A DNA stretch of 64,000 nucleotides from Terriglobia bacterium (GTDB taxonomy: Bacteria > Acidobacteriota > Terriglobia > UBA7540 > JAPUME01), in NCBI GenBank assembly GCA_965237895.1, contig CBDEGR010000001.1, positions 25,253 through 89,252 on the forward strand. The letters run 5' to 3'. Below the pieces are notes generated by a model, which was given only the letters and a program-made list of their open reading frames with translations, was not told the origin of the DNA and did not search any database. Made by a program: the position numbers and the translations under genes. Positions 20,137-28,693 of this stretch are shown one piece after another. How positions within the stretch are numbered: position 1 is the stretch's first letter; each line of letters begins with the position of its first letter.

Positions 20137-20233
20137 CTGCTCTGTTTTGTACTTTCGGATCGACATGCCCGGCTTTCCTCCTTCGTGAGATTCTCTCTCT
20201 TTCCACTTGGTACAAAAAGGACCGGTCAGGTCA
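20137..20233 (-). mobile_element. IS3-family left-end remnant (IRL, hairpin, SD and ~10 orfA codons)
   Basis: The reverse complement reads TGACCTGACCGGTCCTTTTTGTACCAAGTGGAAAGAG..GAAGGAGG..ATGTCGATCCGAAAGTACAAAACAGAGCAG (MSIRKYKTEQ). This parallels 31516-31620 of the full IS3 (MSIKKHKPEQ). Confidence 0.65.
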
Positions 20234-20343
20234 GCCTGCATAGCGATTTGGACCACAGTTAGCAGGGACTCCGTGTTCTAGTGTCGGTTCCGTCCCCATT
20301 GCAGACTTACTAAACATCGCTCGTTTGTGCGTCACGTGCATAA

Positions 20344-22617
20344 TCATGATTTGAACTGATACGGAAAGGCTGCGATCCGCACCCACTGGCCGGAGCGCAA
20401 CCGCACCGCCCTGAAAGGTTCCAGCCGATTCGCATCCACCTCGGTGCCCCGGGTGGAATTCAGGTCCTCGACCCAGATCGCTCCGTCAACGAGTCGCAAT
20501 CGCAGGTGACGCCGCGATACTTGAGGATGGCGAATCTCCACGTGACACAACTCCCTGGCCCTGCCGATCACCAGACCCTCAGCGGACGTGAACAGGTCTC
20601 GACGCAGGGGGATGGGTTCCGAGCCATCCAGAGGGATCAGTGTTCCCACCGCCCTGGCGGGGACAACGGCCGCCGGGGGCGGCACAGGTCCAGCCCGATT
20701 TTCTTCGCCCAAGGCCCCGGGAGCGTCTTCATGGGCGCGAGCGGCTCCCCTCATCGAGTCCCTACCCGGACGAAACTTGACCAGCGCGAACCCCGCAACC
20801 AGTAGCAGAATCGCTGCCACGATCCATAGAATCATTTGCTGAGCCGGGCGGAGCGACTCGCCGGGTTCCGGCAAGGGAAGATCCGGCTTGCCCGGGTCTG
20901 GCGCAGGCTTTGGCTCCGGGGCAGGTTCTTCTTGCGGTTGCGGTGCCGGTACCGGCTTCGGCGAGGGCGTAGGTCTTGGGGGCGGTTCAGGCTCCGGTTG
21001 CGGTGCGGGCTCGGCCTCCGGTTCCGGCTCAGGCTCAATCGGATTCCAGTAGCCCGGTATGCCGATGGCGTCCATGGCCGTGTGCGTGGCCGCCCACTCC
21101 GGCGAGGATTCGCCGTAGTGGATTTCGGCCACAGCCGCGAACGCGTATCGCGCCGCCTCGAAACCGGCGTTCGGCGTGAGCAGATCGGAGGCCGCGCGCC
21201 CGAATATTCTCAGCGCCTTCGCCAACCCCACGCCCTGCACCTCGGGCCCGGAACGCAGGCGAGGGTGCTGGCCGCCCATGGCCAACAGGTAATAGCCCTG
21301 GTTCATGATCGACGAATTGATGTGAACGCCGCCGTTGTCAACGCTGACGTGTCGGTAGTCGTCGAAATGGTCGGGATACGGCTTGCCGGTTTGGGGATCC
21401 ATGAGGCTTGGAGGATCTCTCATATCTCGCATCACACCGCCGGGATGGCGGAGTTGCCAGACCCGCGCCGGGACATCCGCCGGCAGTACCGTGCCGCCAT
21501 TCTCCAGCCAAGCTCGGAACGTCACGCCAACCGCGTCGGCAATGGCCTCGTTCAGGGCGCCCGGTTGCGACTTGTAGATGAGGCCGCTGCCCCAGTGGAT
21601 GATTGCGTGGCCGATCTCGTGACCGATGATCTCGCTATAGTCCAACGCGGCGCTCGGCAATAAGAACGCGTTCAAGCCGCCGTGCCAGAAGGCATTGAAG
21701 GCATCGCCGATACACTGAGGCGGGGGAGCCGTGGGATGGACGCGCACACCGATAAAGCCGTGCAACGTGCCGCCGCGGTCGTCGAGGCTGTCCATGTCTA
21801 GGGTAGCCTCGAGAAACCGATAGACCTCGCCGAACCTTTCGAACAGCCGCTCGACCTCGGCGTTGCCGCGGTGAGACACCTCACTTCGGATATGTCTCTT
21901 CATGGCGCGTCGCGCCAGTCGTAGGGAACGCTGCCAACCGACCACGCGGCGAACCTTGCGATCGCGGCAAGCGGCGCCGAAGTCGTACACGCGGCGGTCG
22001 AGTCCCGGGTGCGTCAGCGAAAAGCGCTGCAAGACGGTTCCTTTGTGCGCATCGACGTACACCCGTTCGAAGCTGACTTGCTCCTCTTCCGGAAACCAAC
22101 CTTCCAGTTCGTAGCTGAGCTTGAGTTCGTCCCCGTCCGGCCAGAACACGAGCCGGCCGGTGGGTGGATGGGCATCGGATGCGTGAGCGGCGGCCAGGAC
22201 ATCATCGAGTCCGAGAGTCGGATCAGCAGAAGGCGGATCGGGAAATGGCGTGTGGTGGCCAAGCAGATGAACGGGCTTGCGGTCGCCGTTCAGGAGCAAT
22301 CGGGATTCCCTGTGAACCACGGGCAGCTCCGCGAGGGTCTGGGCAAGGTTGTAGATGGCGTGGCCGCGCAGGCGGCGCGGCTCGCCTGCGACCTTGAGCC
22401 GGTCGCTGGCGGCCAAGCCAAGCCGCCGGTGCAGTGCTCCGGCCGCCCAACTCGAAACGGCGGCATCATCCGTCAGCCGGGACGCTCCGCGTGAGAAATC
22501 CAGCCGAGTGCCTGGGCGGTGCCGGCCGTCTTCTTGAGCCTGTGCTTCTCCAAAAGCAGCCAAGCACAAGAGCACCGCAGCCAGGCAGCGGCCACGCAGT
22601 TTACTGCGGGGATTCAT
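20344..22617 (-). CDS. Bitopic protein: secreted thermolysin-family (M4) metalloprotease with its own FTP/PepSY pro-region, Pro-rich linker, TM helix, cytoplasmic FHA domain
   Basis: Signal peptide CLAAVLLCLAAFGEAQA. HEIGH followed exactly 20 residues later by the Glu of GALNEAIAD (thermolysin spacing). GGVHINSSIMNQGYYLL. PEPEPEAEPAPQPEP linker. TM MILWIVAAILLLVAGFALV. FHA GLVIGRARELCHVEIRHPQVSRRHLRLRLVDGAIWVEDLNSTRGTEV. Start chosen at ATG 22617. Confidence 0.85.
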   Translation of the reverse strand: MNPRSKLRGRCLAAVLLCLAAFGEAQAQEDGRHRPGTRLDFSRGASRLTDDAAVSSWAAGALHRRLGLAASDRLKVAGEPRRLRGHAIYNLAQTLAELPVVHRESRLLLNGDRKPVHLLGHHTPFPDPPSADPTLGLDDVLAAAHASDAHPPTGRLVFWPDGDELKLSYELEGWFPEEEQVSFERVYVDAHKGTVLQRFSLTHPGLDRRVYDFGAACRDRKVRRVVGWQRSLRLARRAMKRHIRSEVSHRGNAEVERLFERFGEVYRFLEATLDMDSLDDRGGTLHGFIGVRVHPTAPPPQCIGDAFNAFWHGGLNAFLLPSAALDYSEIIGHEIGHAIIHWGSGLIYKSQPGALNEAIADAVGVTFRAWLENGGTVLPADVPARVWQLRHPGGVMRDMRDPPSLMDPQTGKPYPDHFDDYRHVSVDNGGVHINSSIMNQGYYLLAMGGQHPRLRSGPEVQGVGLAKALRIFGRAASDLLTPNAGFEAARYAFAAVAEIHYGESSPEWAATHTAMDAIGIPGYWNPIEPEPEPEAEPAPQPEPEPPPRPTPSPKPVPAPQPQEEPAPEPKPAPDPGKPDLPLPEPGESLRPAQQMILWIVAAILLLVAGFALVKFRPGRDSMRGAARAHEDAPGALGEENRAGPVPPPAAVVPARAVGTLIPLDGSEPIPLRRDLFTSAEGLVIGRARELCHVEIRHPQVSRRHLRLRLVDGAIWVEDLNSTRGTEVDANRLEPFRAVRLRSGQWVRIAAFPYQFKS

Positions 22618-24082
22618 CAGATTCGCCCGCCGGCGCTGCCCGTGAACCGACGACAACGGGCACACGGAGTAGTATTTCCCCTGTCTCGGCATCGAATATC
22701 GTCCGTTCCTCGCCTCGATCGATCAGGACTACGCCTTCCCAGGCCAGACGATAGCCGCCGCCTGCCACCCGAAAGATGACCAAGGTCCCCTCGTCCAACG
22801 CTTCGATCCGTTTGCCGGTCGAGTCTGCGGCAAGGGCGATGGTGGCGGGGTAGTCATGGGCGGGGCGGGGATCGATGTCGATTGCCGGGGCGGGGTGGCC
22901 CTGGATCTTGACGATGCGCCGGCCCTCCGCAATCACCGCCACCTCGGCAGCGAACACCCGGATGTCTTTATGTTTCTGCCTCAATCGGCTGATGGTCTTG
23001 CCGACCATTCGGCGTCCCTTACCAGCCGGTTCCAGGGTGTCCTGGTTGCCGATCCTGCCCGCCTTGCGCAACGCATCGGCGACGGTCTCCGGCACGGTGC
23101 TTCCGGGTTCAACCTCGCGGTCAATTTCGATTTCCACGCGCTCGATGGGCACGGGAATGCCCTCGGGCGGAGTCTCTTCGGCGCTTCGCGACTCTTCCGT
23201 CGACCGCGCCCGGTCATTCGGGTCGGATTCCTCCGTCTCCTGGCGTGGCGCCGCCGCGGGGAGAGGCTGCGCCCTCAGGTTCAGCAACAAGACTGAGGCC
23301 AGCACGGCGAGCAGGAGTGCGCCGATTACCCACCAACGCCGGTTACGCCTGGGAGCGGCGACTTCCGCCAAGATGGCCGTGGTGTTGTCGTGGCGCTGCA
23401 GCCGCTCGAGTTTGTCGGCAAAGCGCGCTTCCAGCTCGCGCCCAGGATTGGATGACTCAAAGACCGCGAGGATTTCGTCGGGCGAGAAGATCTCCCAGAA
23501 GCCGTCGCTGCACACGGCGAACCGCCTGCCTTCCACTAGGTCCCAGCGCTCGACTTGCGCCTCAGGCGCGTCTCGGCCGCCGATCTGCGTGAAGAGCTTC
23601 TTCTGATCCGGATGGGTGGCGAGCGCCTCCTCGGCGATGACGCCGCGCAGCACGTTCAGTTGGGCAATGGAGTGGTCCAGCGTTCGCCGGGCGAGCCCCG
23701 TGCCGGAGAACTGCATGACACGGCTGTCGCCGGCATGGATGGAGGTGACTTCCGCGCCGCGCCCCAGCAGCGCCACCAGTGTAGAGCGGGGATCCAGTCC
23801 CGGCTCGTCCCCCGCCCTGTTCACGGCGGCGTGGCATTCGCGCACCAGATCGGTCAGGAAGGCTTCAGCTTCCAGGTCCTCGCTTCGCGAGTTCCAGCAG
23901 CGCTCGGCGGTCTCGATGACTGTCTGCGCCGCGAGAGCGCCTCCGCGATGTCCGCCGAGGCCATCGGCCACCACCAGGAGAAAGGCGTCTCCGCCAGGCG
24001 ACCGAAGGACCTTCATTCGATCCTGGTTCTCGCACCGGTGCCCGATGTGCGTGAATCCGTGCGCCGTCATCGTAGAGATCAT
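22601..24082 (-). CDS. Bitopic protein: cytoplasmic PP2C phosphatase, TM helix, extracytoplasmic FTP/PepSY-like (M4 pro-peptide-like) module
   Basis: PP2C motifs LLVVADGLGGHRGG, AVCSDGFW, HDNTTAIL. TM WWVIGALLLAVLASVLLL. The ectodomain VADALRKAGRIGNQDTLEPAGKGRRMVGKTISRLRQKHKDIRVFAAEVAVIAEGRRIVKIQGH ... RLAWEGVVLIDRGEERTIFDAETGEILL parallels the pro-region of the downstream M4 protease. Start ATG 24082. Its stop overlaps the M4 start by 17 nt. Confidence 0.8.
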   Translation of the reverse strand: MISTMTAHGFTHIGHRCENQDRMKVLRSPGGDAFLLVVADGLGGHRGGALAAQTVIETAERCWNSRSEDLEAEAFLTDLVRECHAAVNRAGDEPGLDPRSTLVALLGRGAEVTSIHAGDSRVMQFSGTGLARRTLDHSIAQLNVLRGVIAEEALATHPDQKKLFTQIGGRDAPEAQVERWDLVEGRRFAVCSDGFWEIFSPDEILAVFESSNPGRELEARFADKLERLQRHDNTTAILAEVAAPRRNRRWWVIGALLLAVLASVLLLNLRAQPLPAAAPRQETEESDPNDRARSTEESRSAEETPPEGIPVPIERVEIEIDREVEPGSTVPETVADALRKAGRIGNQDTLEPAGKGRRMVGKTISRLRQKHKDIRVFAAEVAVIAEGRRIVKIQGHPAPAIDIDPRPAHDYPATIALAADSTGKRIEALDEGTLVIFRVAGGGYRLAWEGVVLIDRGEERTIFDAETGEILLRVPVVVGSRAAPAGESDESPQ

Positions 24083-24167
24083 CGGTTCTCGCTCGTGGTC
24101 GTCCAAATGTGGCGAAGATCGACCCGCCGGAGCATCCTGCACTGAACCCACGTCTCCGGACCACGGG

Positions 24168-24196
24168 TTGAGCCGCCCTCGAACGTCTGCTATTAT
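24168..24196 (+). promoter_or_regulatory. Candidate sigma70-type promoter for the kinase gene
   Basis: TTGAGC - 17 nt - TATTAT in the 240-bp divergent intergenic region between the PP2C and kinase genes. Confidence 0.3.
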
Positions 24197-24321
24197 ACTC
24201 CTCACGCCTTGCGGTGTAATATCGCTACTCGGTGGAGCGTCCGATTGCCGTGATTCGCGGCGAACCCGCCCAAGTTTTGCTCCAGCGCGGATAAGCTCAA
24301 TCGCAGAAAGAGAGGGATGCC

Positions 24322-26151
24322 TTGCAGACGGAAGGCCGGTCGCGGAATGCGTTGCCGCCCGGCACCGTGCTGAACGGTGTTTACCGGGTCGAGGTGGAGG
24401 TGGGCCAGGGGGGCTTCGGCATCGTGTACCGGGCACAGCACAACGAGTTGGGCTATCGGGTCGCAATCAAGGAGTACCTGCCGGCGGAGTTGGCCGTACG
24501 CGAGGGCCGCTCCGTCCACCCCCGCAGCGTGGACTGCCGCGAACAATACCAAGAGGGCCTGCGCCGCTTCCTGGAGGAGGCGAAACAACTCATCCAGTTC
24601 CGAGCTCATCCAAGCATCGTCTCCTGCCGGGACTTCTTCCGGGCCAACGGCACGGCGTACCTGGTGATGGAGTACGAAGAGGGCCTGCCGCTGTCCGAGT
24701 TGCTGCAGGTACGGGAGGAGGAGGGAAGGCCCTTCGGCGAGGCGGATTTGCGGAAGGTGATGGTGCCGCTGCTGGAGGGTTTGGCGCGCGTGCATGCAGC
24801 GGGGGTGCTGCACCGGGACGTCAAGCCGGCGAACATCCTGGTGCGGCGGGAGGACGAGCGTCCGGTGCTGATCGACTTCGGCGCGGCGAAGCAGAACTTT
24901 GCGGAGCACAGCAAGTCGCTGGCGCCGGTTACGGCAGGGTACGCGGCCATCGAGCAGGTGGGGGAGGGCAAGCTGGGCCCGTGGACGGACCTGTACGCGG
25001 CCGGGGCGGTGATGTGGCGCATGGTGGCGGGAGGGAACCGGCCGTTCGAGCCGCCGAATCCGGTGAAGGTGGAGAGTCGGACCCATGCGGTGTTGCGGGA
25101 AGAGGCGGACCCGCTGCCGTCGGCGCGGGAGTTGGGTAGGGGGCGGTTTTCGGAGCGAGTGCTGGGAGCGATCGACCAGTGTCTGGAGTTGCGGGAAGCG
25201 GACCGGGTGCAGGACTGTGGGGAGTTACTGGGTCTGCTGGATGCGAAGAGGAAACGCGACGAGGGGAGGCAGAAGTTCACCGCCGCGGACGGGAGCGTAT
25301 GGGAAGGCCCCGTTGTGGACGGCCAGCGGCAAGGTCACTGGGTCGCTCGCCGGGCGGACGGGACCGTAGGAGAAGGACCCTTTGTGGACGGTCAGCGACA
25401 CGGCGACTGGGTCTGGCGCTTTGCGGACGGGAGCGTGTACGACCTCTCCTATATGACCGGAAAGCGGGTCTCCTCCGTCCGGCGGGGGGTGGCGCCGGCG
25501 GCAGCGGAGCCGCGGCCTGATAAGGCAGAAGCCAAACCCTCGCGTGCCGCATGGAAGTTTTCGAGGCGTTGGAAGTGGATTGCGGCGGGGTTCGCGATGC
25601 TAGCAATTAGCTCGAACCAGTTTCTTCAGAATCTGAACCGCGGCGAGGGTAGGCAAAAGTTCACCACCGCAGACGGGAGCGTATGGGAAGGACCCTTTGT
25701 GGACGGCAAAAAGCATGGCAACTGGGTCGTACGCTTGGCGGACGGGACCGTAGCGGAAGGTCCCTTTGTGGACGACAAGCGGCACGGCGACTGGGTCGAG
25801 CGCTTTGCGGACGGGACCGTAGGGAAAGGTCCCTATGTGGACGACAAGCGGCACGGCGACTGGGTTGTTCCCTTGGCGGACGGGTCCGTACAGGAAGGTC
25901 CCTATGTGGACGACAAGATGCACGGCCGCTGGGTCATTCGCTTGGCGGACGGGTCCGTAGCGGAAGGTCCCTTTGTGGACGACAAGATGCACGGCCGCTG
26001 GGTCATTCGCTTGGCGGACGGGACCGTACAGGAAGGTCCCTATGTGGACGGCAAGCAGCACGGCAACTGGGTCTGGCGCAAGGCGGACGGGACCGTGTAC
26101 GACGTCTCCTATAGGAACGGCGAGCAGGTCTCCTTCGTCCGGCGGAAGTAA
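24322..26151 (+). CDS. Hanks-type Ser/Thr protein kinase with two MORN-repeat blocks separated by a TM helix
   Basis: GQGGFGIVY, VAIK (Lys50), HRDVKPANIL (Asp166), DFG, APVTAGYAAIE. MORN block 1 (res 315-388), TM WKWIAAGFAMLAISS, MORN block 2 (res 442-609, six 23-aa repeats GP(F/Y)VDxK.HG.WV.R.ADG(T/S)V.E). TTG start as in the ORF track. Confidence 0.9.
   Translation: MQTEGRSRNALPPGTVLNGVYRVEVEVGQGGFGIVYRAQHNELGYRVAIKEYLPAELAVREGRSVHPRSVDCREQYQEGLRRFLEEAKQLIQFRAHPSIVSCRDFFRANGTAYLVMEYEEGLPLSELLQVREEEGRPFGEADLRKVMVPLLEGLARVHAAGVLHRDVKPANILVRREDERPVLIDFGAAKQNFAEHSKSLAPVTAGYAAIEQVGEGKLGPWTDLYAAGAVMWRMVAGGNRPFEPPNPVKVESRTHAVLREEADPLPSARELGRGRFSERVLGAIDQCLELREADRVQDCGELLGLLDAKRKRDEGRQKFTAADGSVWEGPVVDGQRQGHWVARRADGTVGEGPFVDGQRHGDWVWRFADGSVYDLSYMTGKRVSSVRRGVAPAAAEPRPDKAEAKPSRAAWKFSRRWKWIAAGFAMLAISSNQFLQNLNRGEGRQKFTTADGSVWEGPFVDGKKHGNWVVRLADGTVAEGPFVDDKRHGDWVERFADGTVGKGPYVDDKRHGDWVVPLADGSVQEGPYVDDKMHGRWVIRLADGSVAEGPFVDDKMHGRWVIRLADGTVQEGPYVDGKQHGNWVWRKADGTVYDVSYRNGEQVSFVRRK
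25645..26148 (+). repeat. Coding tandem repeat, 69-bp period (MORN units); a shorter copy of the same block lies at 25264..25485
   Basis: Adjacent units at about 25909-26046 are almost identical at the nucleotide level (GACGACAAGATGCACGGCCGCTGGGTCATTCGCTTGGCGGACGGG.CCGTA..GGAAGGTCCCT.TGTG). Confidence 0.9.
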
Positions 26152-26180
26152 TGGCTTACCTTTGGGCCGGCCCGTGCCGC

Positions 26181-27185
26181 TCAAATGCCGAGAATGGCGA
26201 GCAGCACGCTGGCGATCATGGACTCGCCGCCCGACCCATCGACAAACCGCCCCCGGCCGGCCTTGGCGAGTTCCCGCAGGAACGGTTCCGAGTTGCCGGA
26301 TTGCTCCCACGCCATGACCGCGGAAACATGCTGTCCGTCGGCCGCCGCAAACGCCCGAGCCGTCTGCAGGGCCGCGGCTTCCTTTTCGGGATAGGCTGGA
26401 TTATCCGTCACCGCGATGATGTAGCGGCGCTGGCTGACGGAACGCCAGTTCAGCGCCACGGCCCGGTCCAAGGCCATTGCCAGCGCTTCGGGATTATCGC
26501 GGTTTCTCCCGGCATAGGGATCACGCATATTTGGCCTCAGCGTTTCCACAAAGCGCTCCAGGGGCGCTAGGTTCGACGTCTCTACGATTTCCTGGACGTG
26601 AAGCGGCTGCTGCCAACGCCTGTCACCGAAGGCCACGACGCCGATGCCGGTGGAGGGCGTTAGCCTGTCCAACACCTTGGCCAGGTTCTCGATTTCCCGC
26701 TTCAGCCCTTCGACATGATCCTCCATGCTGGCGGTCACGTCCAGGCAGATCACCAGGTCGAGATCGGGAATCCGCACCTTGGCCAGCGTTTTCGCTAGGT
26801 CGCTGGCTCTTTCCTTGACTTGGTCGAGTTGCCGCTCAGCTTCGTTGAGCCGCCGCTCCGTTTGATTGCGATGGAGTTCCGCCTCGTCGCGCTGGCGTGC
26901 CAGCCTCTCGCCTTCATCGTCAGCCCCCTTGCGTTCCCGTGCCAGCTTCTCGGCTTCGTCACGCTGACGCTCCGCTTGATCTCGCTGGCGCCGGGCCGCG
27001 TCGCGCTGCTGTCTGGTCTCTTCGAGCGTCACCTTGACGTTCTTGATGCGTTCCCTGGAATCCCCGGTGTTGGGGAAGAACGGCAGCACCATCACCGCCA
27101 ACAGGATGAAGGCGCCCATGCCGGATGCGAACAGGTCCAGCGCGGACATGGAGAAGATGTTGATCTCCCGGCTGCGCCGCTTCAA
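26181..27185 (-). CDS. ExbD/TolR-like N-terminal TM anchor + charged coiled coil + von Willebrand A (vWA) domain
   Basis: MKRRSREINIFSMSALDLFASGMGAFILLAVMVL resembles the ExbD/TolR N-terminus, including an Asp at the TM entrance. RQ/RD/AE heptad-rich segment. vWA start DLVICLDVTASM (MIDAS-like DxTxS), GVVAFGD, IIAVTDN. Confidence 0.7.
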   Translation of the reverse strand: MKRRSREINIFSMSALDLFASGMGAFILLAVMVLPFFPNTGDSRERIKNVKVTLEETRQQRDAARRQRDQAERQRDEAEKLARERKGADDEGERLARQRDEAELHRNQTERRLNEAERQLDQVKERASDLAKTLAKVRIPDLDLVICLDVTASMEDHVEGLKREIENLAKVLDRLTPSTGIGVVAFGDRRWQQPLHVQEIVETSNLAPLERFVETLRPNMRDPYAGRNRDNPEALAMALDRAVALNWRSVSQRRYIIAVTDNPAYPEKEAAALQTARAFAAADGQHVSAVMAWEQSGNSEPFLRELAKAGRGRFVDGSGGESMIASVLLAILGI

Positions 27186-28681
27186 CGGCTCCCGTCCTTG
27201 AGAAAGTGCACCACAAGATCAATGTCGCCCAGTGTGAGACGCGACCCGTCCCGGACGACGAGCGCTTCTCCGGGCTTCAACCTGACGCCGTCGAGACTCG
27301 TGCCGTTCAAGCTGTTCATGTCTTCGATGGTCATGGCGTCGCCGTCCACGCGGAGGCGGGCATGCTCGCGGGAAATGCTGTCCACGCCGATGACGTAGTC
27401 CGCATTGGCGGAAGAGCGGCCGATCACCTGGCCGGCTTCCGATCTGGCGAGGGCGTTGCCGTTGACCTTGACGCGCAGTTCCTGCTCGAGCGGCCCCACG
27501 CCGGCCAGAATCACGTCGGAGAAGGTGACGTTGCCGCGCTCCAGGCGGCTACGGGCCGCCGACAGCTCTTGGTCGGATTCACGCAGCCTGCGCTGGCGCG
27601 CGCGAAACTGCCGTCTTACCAGAACTCCGGCCACCAGGAACAGGGCTCCCAGAACGATGCCGATGAACCACTGTCGGCGGCGCAATTCCTCCTGTTCCCG
27701 CTGCCGCTGTGCGAGCTCTTCATCCTTGCGGTGGCTTTCCTCTTGGTGCCGTTCTATTTGCTCTTCCAGGTCTTTCTGCGACTGCGACTGCTCTTTCAGC
27801 GCCTGTTGCTTGCTGGCCAGCTCCTGACTTTGCCTCCGCAGGTGTTCTTCCAGTGCCGCCTTGTTCGCTTCGAGTTCCTGCACCTGCTCCTGATTCTGCT
27901 GTTGGTTCTCGCTCGACGCTGCCTTGAGCTGCTCGAGTTTCTGCTCCAGCGCGGCTTTCTCCTCTTCCACCTGTTGTCTTTCCTGCTCCAGCGCTGCCGT
28001 TCCCTCTTCCAGCTCTTTCCCCGTTTTCTCTGCCTGCAAGAGCTGATCTTGCAGAGAAGGGCAGACTTCGCCGCTGGTCTCAAACTCGACTGCCTGCGCT
28101 TTCAGGAAGGCCACGAGGGCCGACAGGGCGCCGCTGACGCCCAAATTCGCATCGCCGCCGCCCGGGCTGCTCGGCTTGCTCTGGCTGATGGCCAGGAGTT
28201 CATCGCAGTTGTTCATGAGCGGCGCCGCGGCCTCGTCCTCCCCAACGATGGAAGTGAATCGATAGCGGACTTGCTCATCCTTCCCTTTGAAGATGGAGTG
28301 CAGCGTGCCTTTGCGCCGAGTCCCTTCCGGAACCAGGAGGTACACTCGTCGGCCCTCTCCCGATGCTTCCAGAGCAACCGTCACCGGCTCGCCGCCCAGA
28401 CCCGGGACCGAAAGCAGCGCCAGATCGGCGTCCGCTTCGCGGGCCTTCACGGTAGCCACCAACCGGGCGCCCGTGGCCGGATCGTGGACCAGGTACTGGC
28501 CTCCGCGCGAAACCAAGCGATGACTGGTCAACAGCAGTCCGTCTGCCATCAGCACGCTCACGCCCGCCGCCGCTTCCTCGCCGCGCTTTTGCACCACGAG
28601 GCGGAATGCGGTCTCGGCCATGGCGGGCGCCGCCGTCGCCAGAATCGATGCGAGGACCAGGAGCTTTTGGATTCTGTTCAT
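27182..28681 (-). CDS. Bitopic protein: signal peptide, trypsin-like (S1C-fold) module lacking the catalytic Ser motif, long coiled coil, TM helix, cytoplasmic FHA
   Basis: LLLTSHRLV and ADADLALLSVPG match the His and Asp regions of HtrA-like proteases. The GNSGGP position reads EDEAAAPLMNNCDELLAIS. About 130 aa are E/Q/K-rich coiled coil. TM WFIGIVLGALFLVAGVLV. FHA QVIGRSSANADYVIGVDSISREHARLRVDGDAMTIEDMNSLNGTSLDG. Confidence 0.7.
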   Translation of the reverse strand: MNRIQKLLVLASILATAAPAMAETAFRLVVQKRGEEAAAGVSVLMADGLLLTSHRLVSRGGQYLVHDPATGARLVATVKAREADADLALLSVPGLGGEPVTVALEASGEGRRVYLLVPEGTRRKGTLHSIFKGKDEQVRYRFTSIVGEDEAAAPLMNNCDELLAISQSKPSSPGGGDANLGVSGALSALVAFLKAQAVEFETSGEVCPSLQDQLLQAEKTGKELEEGTAALEQERQQVEEEKAALEQKLEQLKAASSENQQQNQEQVQELEANKAALEEHLRRQSQELASKQQALKEQSQSQKDLEEQIERHQEESHRKDEELAQRQREQEELRRRQWFIGIVLGALFLVAGVLVRRQFRARQRRLRESDQELSAARSRLERGNVTFSDVILAGVGPLEQELRVKVNGNALARSEAGQVIGRSSANADYVIGVDSISREHARLRVDGDAMTIEDMNSLNGTSLDGVRLKPGEALVVRDGSRLTLGDIDLVVHFLKDGSR

Positions 28682-28693
28682 TTCAGGTACCGT

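Noticed and set aside
23616-25139. 507-aa + ORF spanning the PP2C gene, the intergenic region and the kinase 5' half, plus 24202..25086 and 24606..25280 on the minus strand
   Set aside because: These overlap well-supported genes (PP2C motifs on the minus strand, kinase motifs in another + frame). Composition is Arg/Pro/Gly/Ala-rich with no motifs. They are high-GC artefacts.
25264-26148. Regular 69-bp periodicity that might suggest a CRISPR-like array
   Set aside because: The units are contiguous with no unique spacers. They are in frame and translate to canonical MORN repeats inside a kinase ORF. No cas genes are present in the window.
25600-26310. 236-aa minus-strand ORF with its own internal repeats
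   Set aside because: It is the mirror image of the in-frame MORN repeats of the kinase. Its repeat periodicity is inherited from the coding strand.
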